The position numbers and the translations under genes are program-made. From positions 9,242 to 73,241 of the forward strand of contig CAVUJR010000059.1 in the NCBI GenBank assembly GCA_963741805.1: a DNA stretch of 64,000 nucleotides, written 5' to 3'. The notes under the pieces are model-generated. The model was not told the origin of the DNA, made no database searches, and was given only the letters and a program-made list of their open reading frames with translations. Shown piece by piece: positions 55,819-64,000 of this stretch (its first letter is position 1; each line of letters starts with the position of its first letter). This DNA is from an uncultured Chloroflexia bacterium. Lineage in GTDB: Bacteria; Chloroflexota; Chloroflexia; Thermomicrobiales; UBA6265.

Positions 55819-57992
55819 CGCGACGACATCGCCCTGGAATAGACCTTTGCATCCTTGTCATGGTGCTCGGGCTACTACTGGTCCCTTCGTCCCGCCAGCT
55901 CATGGCGCAGACGCCGCAGGCGACGACGCCAGTCGCGTCACCGGTCGTTCCAGCTGACGCGGCGGGCAGTTTCGCGGCGTTCGGCTACGACGATGTGACG
56001 GCGCGAGGCATGTTCGCCTCAACGACCTACACGTTCCCGCTGCCGCTCGCCACCTCGGCGCCGAGCGGGGGCCGCCTCGACCTCCTGTACCGCCACTCCC
56101 CGCTGCTGGTCGGCGATCTCTCGACGATGACCGTGCTCGTCAACGGCCAGAGCGTCGATAGCGTGCACCTCACGGAGGACACGGCGGTATCCGGCCGGCT
56201 GGCGGTCGACCTCCCACCGCTGGAGGACGATGCGGACGCTGTACAGGTCACGCTCTCCTTCCACTTGCGGCTGACGCGCGAGGCGTGTGAGATCCCGGAC
56301 GACCCGGCGCTGTGGGTGACGATCGACAAGGCATCGACGCTGACCTTACCGACGGGGTCCGGCGAGGCGGAGGTCCACGTCGTGGACGCGCCGTCGCTGC
56401 TTCGCCGGAGCGCGCAGGAGACCGGCGCCGGTCCGGTGATCGTCATGCCGGATGCGGGGGCGCTGGATGCGGCGGGCGTGGTGAGCTACCAGCTCGGACA
56501 ATGGTCCGGGATGGCGAACACGCCGGTCTCGCTCGGTGATGTGGTGACCGACATGCCGGCGAGCGACCAGGCGGCGGTGATCGTCGGGACCGGCGGCACG
56601 CTGGAGCTGGGCGACGGCTGGGGCCCGCTCGCGTGGGATGGCGAGCGGTTCACGCTGGATGGCGTGGCAGTGCCGGAGGGCCATGGCGTGCTGGCGATGC
56701 GGCAGCAGCCGGTGCCGCAGATCCTGGTCAGCGGGGCGAACCCGGAGGCGGTGCGACTGGCGGCACGTGCCTTGTCGCGGCCGATGGATTGGCCGACGTT
56801 CGATGCGCCGGTCGTGATCGTTAGCGGCGAGCTGGCGGAGGCGAGCCCGAGCCGCTACGCGTGGCGAGAGGGAGCCGCGAGCTTCGCCCAACTCGGCGGC
56901 TATCGGCAGGACGTGACCGGACCCGGCGAGCACTTCATCGACCTCCCCTACCAGCGGCCGGCGGACTGGGTGCTCCGGGACGGTAGCCAACTGACGCTGG
57001 ACCTGCAGGTCTCTCCGGCTGTGCGGGCCGAGACCTCGTGGGTGCGGGTGACGGTGAACGGGCAGGATATCGGCACGCAACCGCTGCGCGCGCATGAGGA
57101 CGGCGTGCAGACGTACACGTTCGACCTGCCGGCCGACCGGCTGAATGTGGACCTGGACGGGCAGCCGGAGCGGGACCTCATGGTGCAGGTGCGGCTGTTC
57201 CTCGACGACCCGCGCGAGACATGCGAGTCGATCGACCCGGCGGCGACGTGGGCGGCGCTCTTGCCGACATCGGCGATCTCCTTGCCGCATGACAGCAGCG
57301 ACGAGCCGGATCTCGGGCGGTTCCCGGCCGGATTGACCTCCGACGACGATCCGGCAGCAATGACCGTCGTGGTGCCGGACGAGGCGACGGCCGAGGAGCA
57401 GCAGGCGGCGCTCCAGACCCTGGCGGCGGTCGGGCGCTGGAACGCCTGGTCAGCGCCGGTCGAGCCGGACGTGATGACCGCCGGTGAGATCTCCAGCGAG
57501 GCGCTGCAGGGCCGGTCCGTGATTCTGATCGGCGGGCCCGAGCGAAACGGCGCCGCGAGCGAGCTGGGCGACGAGACGCTGCAGGCGATCGCGCCTCCCG
57601 CCTACGCCGAGGTCGACGCGCCCTATGGCGTGCTGGCGCTGGGCGACTCACCATGGTCGGACGGCGACATGGCGCTGCTCGTGGCGGGCTCCAACGACGA
57701 TGGCGAGGGCGTCCTGCTGGCGGCGGCGGCGCTTGGCAACCAGGATGTACTCGCCAGCGTGCGGGGCACGCGCGTCGCGATCACGGGCAATCTCGGGCCA
57801 CAGACGATGGCCGGGGCCGAGCCGTCGAGAGCGATGCGGTCCGACCTCGCGCCGCAGGTGTTGCCGGACGAGCGCCCGTGGATCGAGCGCATCGACGCGT
57901 GGCAGGTCGTCGGGGCGATCGTGCTGGTCGCCTTCCTCGCGCTGGTAATCGGCGTGGTCCAGCTGCGCTGGCTCCGCGGCGGTCGGCGCTAG
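55815..57992 (+). CDS. bcsB: Cellulose synthase regulatory subunit BcsB-like protein
   Basis: N-terminal signal/TM, then RLDLLYRHSPLLVGDLSTMTVLVNGQSV (BcsB repeat pattern), then a C-terminal TM anchor. The GTG overlaps the PP2C stop (GTGA). Confidence 0.7.
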   Translation: MTRRHRPGIDLCILVMVLGLLLVPSSRQLMAQTPQATTPVASPVVPADAAGSFAAFGYDDVTARGMFASTTYTFPLPLATSAPSGGRLDLLYRHSPLLVGDLSTMTVLVNGQSVDSVHLTEDTAVSGRLAVDLPPLEDDADAVQVTLSFHLRLTREACEIPDDPALWVTIDKASTLTLPTGSGEAEVHVVDAPSLLRRSAQETGAGPVIVMPDAGALDAAGVVSYQLGQWSGMANTPVSLGDVVTDMPASDQAAVIVGTGGTLELGDGWGPLAWDGERFTLDGVAVPEGHGVLAMRQQPVPQILVSGANPEAVRLAARALSRPMDWPTFDAPVVIVSGELAEASPSRYAWREGAASFAQLGGYRQDVTGPGEHFIDLPYQRPADWVLRDGSQLTLDLQVSPAVRAETSWVRVTVNGQDIGTQPLRAHEDGVQTYTFDLPADRLNVDLDGQPERDLMVQVRLFLDDPRETCESIDPAATWAALLPTSAISLPHDSSDEPDLGRFPAGLTSDDDPAAMTVVVPDEATAEEQQAALQTLAAVGRWNAWSAPVEPDVMTAGEISSEALQGRSVILIGGPERNGAASELGDETLQAIAPPAYAEVDAPYGVLALGDSPWSDGDMALLVAGSNDDGEGVLLAAAALGNQDVLASVRGTRVAITGNLGPQTMAGAEPSRAMRSDLAPQVLPDERPWIERIDAWQVVGAIVLVAFLALVIGVVQLRWLRGGRR

Positions 57993-57993
57993 G

Positions 57994-60060
57994 GTGGCCC
58001 TGGCGGAGGTCGACGAGGCCGGGAGCGACGCGATACCGGAGCACGCCCGGCGCGATATGCGCGTGCGACAGTACGCGATCCGCGTGCTGATCGTCGCGAA
58101 CCTCCTCCTTGGCACCTACTACATGGTGTGGCGCTACACGGCGTCGATCAACTGGGCGTTCTGGCCGCTGGCGCTGGCACTGCTGGCGGCCGAGACGTAC
58201 AGCTTCATCGACTCATGGCTGATGGGCGCCAGCATGTGGAAATGGCACCGGCGCTTCATCTCGCCCCCGCCAAGGGGTGACGAGACGGTCGATGTCTTCA
58301 TCACCTGCTACAACGAGCCGGTCGATCTGGTCGAGGAGACGGCCCGGGCGGCGTTGAAGCTGAACCATCCCTGCACGGTCTACGTCTGCGACGACGGCGA
58401 CAGCGCCGAGATGCGGGCGATGACGGAGCGGATCGGCTGCAACTACATCACCCGCGCGGCAGTGTGGAAGGGCAAGGAACGCCACGCCAAGGCGGGCAAC
58501 CTGATCAACGCCCTCGACCAGACCGACGGCGAGTACCTGCTCATCCTTGACGCCGACCAGGTGCCGATGCCGGAACTGCTGGACGAGACGCTCGGCTACT
58601 TCAGCGACCCGTCGGTCGCCTTCGTGCAAACGCCACAGTGGTTCAAGAACGTTCCGGAGGGTGACCCGTTCGGGAGCCAGGCGCCACTGTTCTACGGCCC
58701 GATCCAGGAGGCGAAGGACGGCTGGAACGCGGCGTTCTTCTGCGGTTCGAACGCGGTCCTGCGACGGGACGCACTGCTTCACGCCGGGCTGGTGAACTAC
58801 GCCCGGGACCTGCGCGTGCAACTGCAGAACATCCTCAACGAGGCATCGCCACAGCTCGACGCGCTGGCACTCGACCTCGAGACTCGTGGGCAGGAGGCCT
58901 ACCTGCCCGCGATCCGGGAGCTGCAGGACGCGGTGCGTGAGGCCAGGGCCGCGCTCTCCGCCAAGGCACCGCTGGCGGAGCTGACCTACCGCTTCCAACG
59001 GCGCGCGCAAGAGGCCGGGCGACAGATCGTCGGGCAGGACTTCGCCGCGATCGCCGCCGAGCTGGACGACATTCCCGGTCTGGACCCGGAGATCGAGATT
59101 CGTGACAAGATCGAGGGCTTGCTGGAGGACCCTGCGGTACTCGCGGGGTTGACCTCGCGCGAGACCTCGCCGCTGCAGGCGTTCGCCGAGGTTCAGCAGC
59201 TCCTGCTGCGGGTGGACGTCGACCGGGCGTTCGAGGCGATGCCGGTGATGTCGCTATCGACCATCTCGGTCACGGAGGACATGGCCACTGCGATGCGGCT
59301 GCACTCGCTCGGGTACCGTTCGGTGTACCACCCGCGCGTGCTGGTCTACGGGCTGGCGCCGGAGGACTTGCGCACGGCGCTCCAGCAGCGGCTACGGTGG
59401 GCGCAGGGCACGATCCAGGTGATGCTGCGCGAGAACCCGCTCTCCTACCCCGGCCTTAAGCCGATGCAGCGGCTGATGTATTTTGCGACGATGTGGAGCT
59501 ACCTCTCGGGATTCTTCGCGGTCGTCTACCTCATCGCGCCGATCCTGTATCTGTTGTTCGGGTGGCTGCCGGTGAACGCGCTCTCGGACGAGTTCTTCTG
59601 GCGGCTGATCCCCTACCTCATCGTCAACCAGTTACTGTTCACCGTAATCGCGTGGGGCCTGCCGACATGGCGCGGTCAGCAGTACAGCCTGGCCCTGTTC
59701 CCGATCTGGATCAAGGCCGTCACGAGCGCGATCGGAAGCGTCCACTTCGGGCAGAAGCTCGGGTTCGTGGTCACGCCAAAGACGCGCCAGGGCGGCGTGT
59801 CGCTGCAAATCGTGCGGCCGCAGCTCGTATTCATGGGATTGCTCGTCGTCTCCGTGATCGTTGGCGTCGGGCGGCTTGCGCTGGGGCTGACGAACAACGG
59901 GATCCCGGTGCTGGTCAACGTGGTGTGGGCGATCTATGACCTTGTGGCGCTCAGCGTCGTGCTGGACGCCGTGTTCTATCATCCGCCGGAAGATGCGGAC
60001 CTGGTGCCGCTCGAAAGCGCGGCGAGTGTTCACGGGCGCGCCGGCACTGGCGGCAAGTAA
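57994..60060 (+). CDS. bcsA: Cellulose synthase-like family-2 glycosyltransferase (BcsA-like, no PilZ domain, internal insertion)
   Basis: Motifs VFITCYNEP, CDDG, LILDADQVP, FCGSNAVLRR, TEDMATA and QQRLRWAQG (QxxRW). The C-terminus is TM helices only. About 155 extra aa lie before TED. Confidence 0.85.
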   Translation: MALAEVDEAGSDAIPEHARRDMRVRQYAIRVLIVANLLLGTYYMVWRYTASINWAFWPLALALLAAETYSFIDSWLMGASMWKWHRRFISPPPRGDETVDVFITCYNEPVDLVEETARAALKLNHPCTVYVCDDGDSAEMRAMTERIGCNYITRAAVWKGKERHAKAGNLINALDQTDGEYLLILDADQVPMPELLDETLGYFSDPSVAFVQTPQWFKNVPEGDPFGSQAPLFYGPIQEAKDGWNAAFFCGSNAVLRRDALLHAGLVNYARDLRVQLQNILNEASPQLDALALDLETRGQEAYLPAIRELQDAVREARAALSAKAPLAELTYRFQRRAQEAGRQIVGQDFAAIAAELDDIPGLDPEIEIRDKIEGLLEDPAVLAGLTSRETSPLQAFAEVQQLLLRVDVDRAFEAMPVMSLSTISVTEDMATAMRLHSLGYRSVYHPRVLVYGLAPEDLRTALQQRLRWAQGTIQVMLRENPLSYPGLKPMQRLMYFATMWSYLSGFFAVVYLIAPILYLLFGWLPVNALSDEFFWRLIPYLIVNQLLFTVIAWGLPTWRGQQYSLALFPIWIKAVTSAIGSVHFGQKLGFVVTPKTRQGGVSLQIVRPQLVFMGLLVVSVIVGVGRLALGLTNNGIPVLVNVVWAIYDLVALSVVLDAVFYHPPEDADLVPLESAASVHGRAGTGGK

Positions 60061-60089
60061 CGACATGAAAGCGGAGGAGAATACAGACC

Positions 60090-60443
60090 ATGGCGACCTC
60101 GATGACAAGCTCGGTGGACGCGGGGCGGACCGGGATCAGCGTGGTGCATCTCGGCGGGCGGCTCGACATCGCCTCGGCGGCGGAGGCCAAGCGCCTCTTC
60201 GCGGAGACGGTGCAGGGCGGCGTGGCGCGGCTGATCGTGGACCTCGCCGGGATCACCTTTATCGACAGCTCCGGGCTCAGTGCGCTAGTCAGCGGCTTGC
60301 GCTCCTGCCGGCAGGCGGGTGGTGACCTACGGATCGCGGCGGCGGGTGAGCAGCCAACGGCGGTGCTCGCGCTGACATCGCTCGACCAGGTCTTCCGGCT
60401 CTACCCGACCGTGGCGGAGGCAGTCGATGGGTTTGCAGGCTGA
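60090..60443 (+). CDS. STAS-domain anti-sigma-factor antagonist (SpoIIAA/RsbV-like)
   Basis: LIVDLAGITFIDSSGLSALV carries the conserved phosphorylatable Ser in the DSSG motif. Confidence 0.85.
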   Translation: MATSMTSSVDAGRTGISVVHLGGRLDIASAAEAKRLFAETVQGGVARLIVDLAGITFIDSSGLSALVSGLRSCRQAGGDLRIAAAGEQPTAVLALTSLDQVFRLYPTVAEAVDGFAG

Positions 60444-60894
60444 GCACCCGCTTGTCCAGATCGAACGCGACGTGAGCGCGAGCCTCGACGGACTTGCGAC
60501 CGTGCACGAGGCGCTGGATGACTACTGGAACGCGATCGAGGTTGCCGGTGGTCCCCATGTCGATAGCATGCGGCAGGTTCTTTTCGCCTCCGCGGTCGCA
60601 GAGATCGCCGGGAACGTCGTGCGCCATGCCTATCCGGACGCAGGCGCCGACGCCACCTTTCGCATTCGCCTGCACTACTTTCCGGACAGGCTGGTGGCGA
60701 CCTTGCTCGACCACGGGTTGCCGTTCGACTTCACCCCGCCGACGCGCACGGCCGATATGCGGGACGCGCTCGACGATCTCGACCTCGACCACGGCTGGGG
60801 GCTGCCGATCGTCCAGGCGGCGACCGACGAGCTGGACTATGCGCGTTTACCGGACGGATCGAATCGATGGCGGCTGGTTAAGCTGCTGTCGTGA
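60427..60894 (+). CDS. RsbW/SpoIIAB-like anti-sigma serine kinase (HATPase_c_2)
   Basis: AVAEIAGNVVRHAY (N-box) and DHGWGLPIV (G-box). It overlaps the STAS gene by 17 nt. Confidence 0.8.
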   Translation: MGLQAEHPLVQIERDVSASLDGLATVHEALDDYWNAIEVAGGPHVDSMRQVLFASAVAEIAGNVVRHAYPDAGADATFRIRLHYFPDRLVATLLDHGLPFDFTPPTRTADMRDALDDLDLDHGWGLPIVQAATDELDYARLPDGSNRWRLVKLLS

Positions 60895-61047
60895 GCCAGC
60901 TCGCCGACAGTATCACCAGGATTGAGCCGCCGACCTGGCAATCTCCGCTTCGGCTGGATTCCGCGCTCGCACGACATCGCCCTATACTGCCAGCGGGTCT
61001 CCGGGAACCGGCCGGCATATCGCCCCCTTCCATAGAGGTGTGCACAG

Positions 61048-61497
61048 ATGGTGAATGAACACGAGGCGCAGGCGCCGACGTGCCGGGTGATCCGGTCGGC
61101 GGAGAGCTACATCGGCAAGCAGGGCCCAGAGTATACAGGGGCGATCAGCGCGGAGAGCGTTGGGTCGCGGGGACTCTGGTTCGGGCTGATCCGGATTCCG
61201 CCCGGCGGGCGAACGAAGGCGCATTTCCACGAGGCGCACGAGACGGCGCTCTACATGCTCGAGGGCATGGTGGACATGTGGTACGGGGAGCAACTGGAGC
61301 AGTACGCGGAATGTCGCGCCGGGGATTACATCTATATCCCGGCCGGGGTGCCGCATGTCGCCGCGAACCGGAGCGAGTCCGCGCCGGCGCTGGTGGTCGG
61401 GTCGCGGACGGACCCGAACGAGCAGGAAAGCGTGGTGCTGACGCCGGAGCTGGAACGATTCCTGCCAAAGCGTTACCAGGAGCCCGCCGACCGCTAA
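61048..61497 (+). CDS. Cupin-domain protein
   Basis: GGRTKAHFHEAHETALYMLEG...GDYIYIPAGVPH are cupin motifs 1 and 2. Confidence 0.75.
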   Translation: MVNEHEAQAPTCRVIRSAESYIGKQGPEYTGAISAESVGSRGLWFGLIRIPPGGRTKAHFHEAHETALYMLEGMVDMWYGEQLEQYAECRAGDYIYIPAGVPHVAANRSESAPALVVGSRTDPNEQESVVLTPELERFLPKRYQEPADR

Positions 61498-61654
61498 TGG
61501 TCAGCGGGCGCGTTGACAGCACCTGTGACGGAGTGCGAGATTTGCCCATCGGACGTGGCCGGATGAGGGCCTGTCAGGATATGACTCTCCCTGGAGGGAC
61601 GCCATGGGCGGCAGGAGCGACGCGAATCCCGGCAAACGCGCAACGCCGGAACAG

Positions 61655-62035
61655 ATGATCCGCAAGCATGTGTACGTGGTGAACGGATCACCGGTGTTCC
61701 TCGATATCGTCCGGCAACTGTTGCAGGACGAAAGCTACAACGTCACGACGACCAACTTCGTGCCGCTGTCGTTCGAGACGATCGAGGCGGCGCGGCCTGA
61801 CATGATCATCATCGACCTGGTGCTCGGCGAGCATGCCGGATGGGATCTGCTGAGCCAGTTGCGATCGGCGGCAACCACGCGGGATATCCCGTTACTCCTG
61901 ATCTCGACGACGCCGGAGTTGCTGGCCGAGGTGATCGAACGACATGAAGAGTTCGGCGGCGACCGGCACCTGCTGAAGCCGTTCGACCTGGACGACCTGC
62001 TCGAGACGATCCGGGAGCTGATCGGCGACGCGTAG
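61655..62035 (+). CDS. Single-domain response-regulator receiver (atypical acidic pocket)
   Basis: PDMIIIDLVL, LLLIST and LLKPF are conserved, but beta1 reads VYVVNGSP instead of the usual DD/ED pair. Confidence 0.75.
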   Translation: MIRKHVYVVNGSPVFLDIVRQLLQDESYNVTTTNFVPLSFETIEAARPDMIIIDLVLGEHAGWDLLSQLRSAATTRDIPLLLISTTPELLAEVIERHEEFGGDRHLLKPFDLDDLLETIRELIGDA

Positions 62036-62059
62036 TCGGCACGCTCGGGCGTTGAGGGG

Positions 62060-62428
62060 ATGGTGATGGAGCAGCGGCCAGCGGATCCGGATAGTCGCGC
62101 GCGGACGCATCTCGCCAACGAGCGGACGTTCCTGGCGTGGCTGCGAACCGGGTTAAGCCTCGTGGCGCTGGGGCTGGCGGCGGCGCAGTTCCTGGAGCGC
62201 GATCTCGTGCCGGGGTTTCCGGTGACAACGATCTTCGCGATCTTCCTTATTGTGGCGGGGGTCACGATGACGCTGCTCGGCGGGGTGCACTACCTGCACG
62301 CGCGCCAGGAGATCGAGGAAGGGCACTTCCTGCCGTCGACACGAGCGGTGATCCTGGCGATCAGCGCGGCGCTGGTGTCGGGGTTGCTGGCGCTGGTGCT
62401 CGTCGTGCTGCTACGGACGCGGGGCTGA
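62060..62428 (+). CDS. DUF202 (YidH) family membrane protein
   Basis: LANERTFLAWLRTGLSLVALG is the DUF202 signature. Confidence 0.75.
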   Translation: MVMEQRPADPDSRARTHLANERTFLAWLRTGLSLVALGLAAAQFLERDLVPGFPVTTIFAIFLIVAGVTMTLLGGVHYLHARQEIEEGHFLPSTRAVILAISAALVSGLLALVLVVLLRTRG

Positions 62429-62533
62429 GTCCCGCCCCTGTCCGCGCCAGAGGCGACGTCTCCTTCGACCAATCGATACATGAGATCAGGGCGGTCCCGG
62501 GCGTTCTTCCCGGGGGCCGCCCTTTCTGCGCGT

Positions 62534-63319
62534 TCAGGCGATACCGTCGATGAGGTCGGCGACAGAGTCGACGATGCGGGTGGGCTGGAACGGGAAGCGG
62601 TCGGCGGTCTCGCGTGTGGAGATGCCGGTGAGGACGAGCACGGTCCGCATGCCGGCCTCCATGCCGGAGATGATGTCGGTGTCCATCCTGTCGCCGATCA
62701 TGACGCTCGTCTCGGAGTGGGCCTCGATGGCGCGCAGGGCTGACCGCATCATGAGGGCGTTGGGCTTGCCGACGTAGTACGGCTCGACGCCGGCGGCGCG
62801 GGAGATCATGGCGGCGACGGAGCCGGTCGCGGGGATGATGCCCTGCGGCGACGGGCCGGTGTTGTCCGGGTTGGTGGCGATGAAGCGGGCGCCCTCGGTG
62901 ATCAGGCGGATCGCGTGGGTGATGCGCTCGAAGCTGTAGGTGCGGGTCTCGCCGAGCACGACGTAGTCCGGGTTGTGCTCGGTCTGGGTGTAGCCGGCCT
63001 CGTAGAGGGCGGTGGTCAGGCCGGACTCGCCGATGACGAAGGCCGTGCCGTTCGGGCGCTGGTCGGCGAGGAAGCGCGCGGTGGCGAGGGCGGAGGTCCA
63101 GATATCGTGATCGGTGACGTCCAGGCCGATGCGCTGGAGGCGGGCGACGAGGTCGCGCGGGGTGTGGCGCGAGTTGTTCGTGAGGATGAGGAAGGGGTTG
63201 CCCGCCTCGCGGAGTCGCGCGATGAAGCGGTCGGCGCCGGGGACGAGGTTGTCCTCGCGGACGATGACGCCGTCCATGTCCATGAGGTAGCTGGCAATGG
63301 GCCTGGGGTCGGTGGTCAT
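62534..63319 (-). CDS. HAD-IIA family hydrolase (NagD-like)
   Basis: YLMDMDGVI (DxDG), FLILTNNS, and GDRMDTDI motifs. Confidence 0.85.
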   Translation of the reverse strand: MTTDPRPIASYLMDMDGVIVREDNLVPGADRFIARLREAGNPFLILTNNSRHTPRDLVARLQRIGLDVTDHDIWTSALATARFLADQRPNGTAFVIGESGLTTALYEAGYTQTEHNPDYVVLGETRTYSFERITHAIRLITEGARFIATNPDNTGPSPQGIIPATGSVAAMISRAAGVEPYYVGKPNALMMRSALRAIEAHSETSVMIGDRMDTDIISGMEAGMRTVLVLTGISTRETADRFPFQPTRIVDSVADLIDGIA

Positions 63320-63468
63320 GGGAACGGCCTCCGTGCGCGATCGGCGTATCGATGCCGGTATTCTCGCATGGAGGCGCGGGATGTCGGGCGAGGACCATCG
63401 CCCGGTTCGCGAACCGTCCGGACCCGGAAACGAGGTCCAGGTCTACGGACGGAAGGCGACGTGTTCGG

Positions 63469-64000
63469 CTAGTGGGCGGCGACGACCATGTCCCGGGCGG
63501 GCTCCCCTGACTCGGTGGCCTCGGGGGAGTCCGTGGCCCCGGCGCCGGCAGGCTCCGGGCGCTCGCCGGTCTTGAGCGGGATCTCGCGCAGGAAGAACGC
63601 GATGACGAGGCCAACGAGGACGACCGGGATGGCGACGATGAAGAGATCGGTGATGGCGTCCGTGTAGGCGCCGAGAACGATGCCCTTCAGCGGCTCCTCG
63701 AGCTGCTGCATCGCCTGGATGCTGTTTGTGGCCTCGGTGGAGGCGGCTACCTGCGGGGCGTTGCTGCCCACCGCGGCGAAGCCATCCGCGAGGTGCGTCG
63801 CCAGCCGGCTGTTCAGGATCGCACCGAAGATCGCGGTGCCGATCGCCGAGCCAAGCGAGCGCGTGAAGGTCACGGAGCTGGTCGCGGCGCCCATGTCGCG
63901 GAACGGCACCGAGTTCTGCACGGCAACCATCATCGGCTGCATCGTCAGGCCAAGGCCGGCGCCGAAGACAAAGGCCGAGATGGCGATGTACCAGTACGGC
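63469..64000 (-). CDS. MFS transporter (DHA2/EmrB-like), 3' portion; gene continues beyond the window
   Basis: C-terminal TM helices (..VQNSVPFRDMGAATSSVTFTRSLGSAIG..). The frame is open to the window edge. Confidence 0.75.
   Translation of the reverse strand, partial: PYWYIAISAFVFGAGLGLTMQPMMVAVQNSVPFRDMGAATSSVTFTRSLGSAIGTAIFGAILNSRLATHLADGFAAVGSNAPQVAASTEATNSIQAMQQLEEPLKGIVLGAYTDAITDLFIVAIPVVLVGLVIAFFLREIPLKTGERPEPAGAGATDSPEATESGEPARDMVVAAH

Noticed and set aside
1-64000. tRNA, rRNA, tmRNA, RNase P or SRP RNA genes
   Set aside because: I scanned the intergenic regions for T-loop (GGTTCGAATCC-like) and other hallmark sequences on both strands and recognised none. This was not exhaustive without covariance-model tools.
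1-64000. AGATCT site avoidance as evidence for BglII-like specificity of the R-M system
   Set aside because: AGATCT occurs repeatedly in ordinary genes (for example near 10932, 15093, 24465, 33637, 36766, 42796 and 57487). There is no visible avoidance signal, and proper statistics would need the whole genome.

Overview
Visibly GC-rich bacterial chromosomal segment. The Tat-type signal peptides and the 'hairpin + CTAC' REP elements suggest a Chloroflexota/Thermomicrobia-like organism, but that is only an inference. I can support about 60 protein-coding genes and found no rRNA, tRNA or CRISPR. Housekeeping genes include alaS, ruvX, aroA, a DarA-like c-di-AMP receptor, an M29 aminopeptidase, a threonine/serine dehydratase and a sugar-type ABC transporter with ArgH-like and RidA genes. 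Other ordinary content includes a ClC channel, several MFS transporters, tyrosinase, a Zn-peptidase and a ZnuA-like binding protein. The accessory and unusual content is listed here in rough order of interest. (1) A five-gene operon (53.8-60.9 kb) places a BcsB / PilZ-less BcsA-like cellulose synthase between a GAF-PAS-PAS-PP2C phosphatase and a STAS / RsbW-like kinase pair. The synthase carries a ~155-aa helical insertion in its GT2 domain. (2) A lower-GC island (45.3-47.8 kb) encodes an EVE-domain protein, a BamHI/BglII-fold endonuclease and an MT-A70 methyltransferase with a C-terminal HTH. (3) Next to that island lies a 1.3-kb gene-free, G-skewed tract with six copies of a ~50-bp palindromic repeat family. 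(4) A translationally coupled pair of ParB-like paralogues has no ParA and sits behind a LexA/Cheo-like box. (5) There are two HepT-MNT loci and one Phd-PIN locus. (6) REP-like hairpins are abundant. (7) Single-base frame disruptions are unusually frequent and include the essential alaS. This points mainly to sequence-quality errors, except for one MNT antitoxin gene that is hit repeatedly. Many long ORFs in the supplied track are antisense shadow ORFs typical of GC-rich DNA, and I did not call them.
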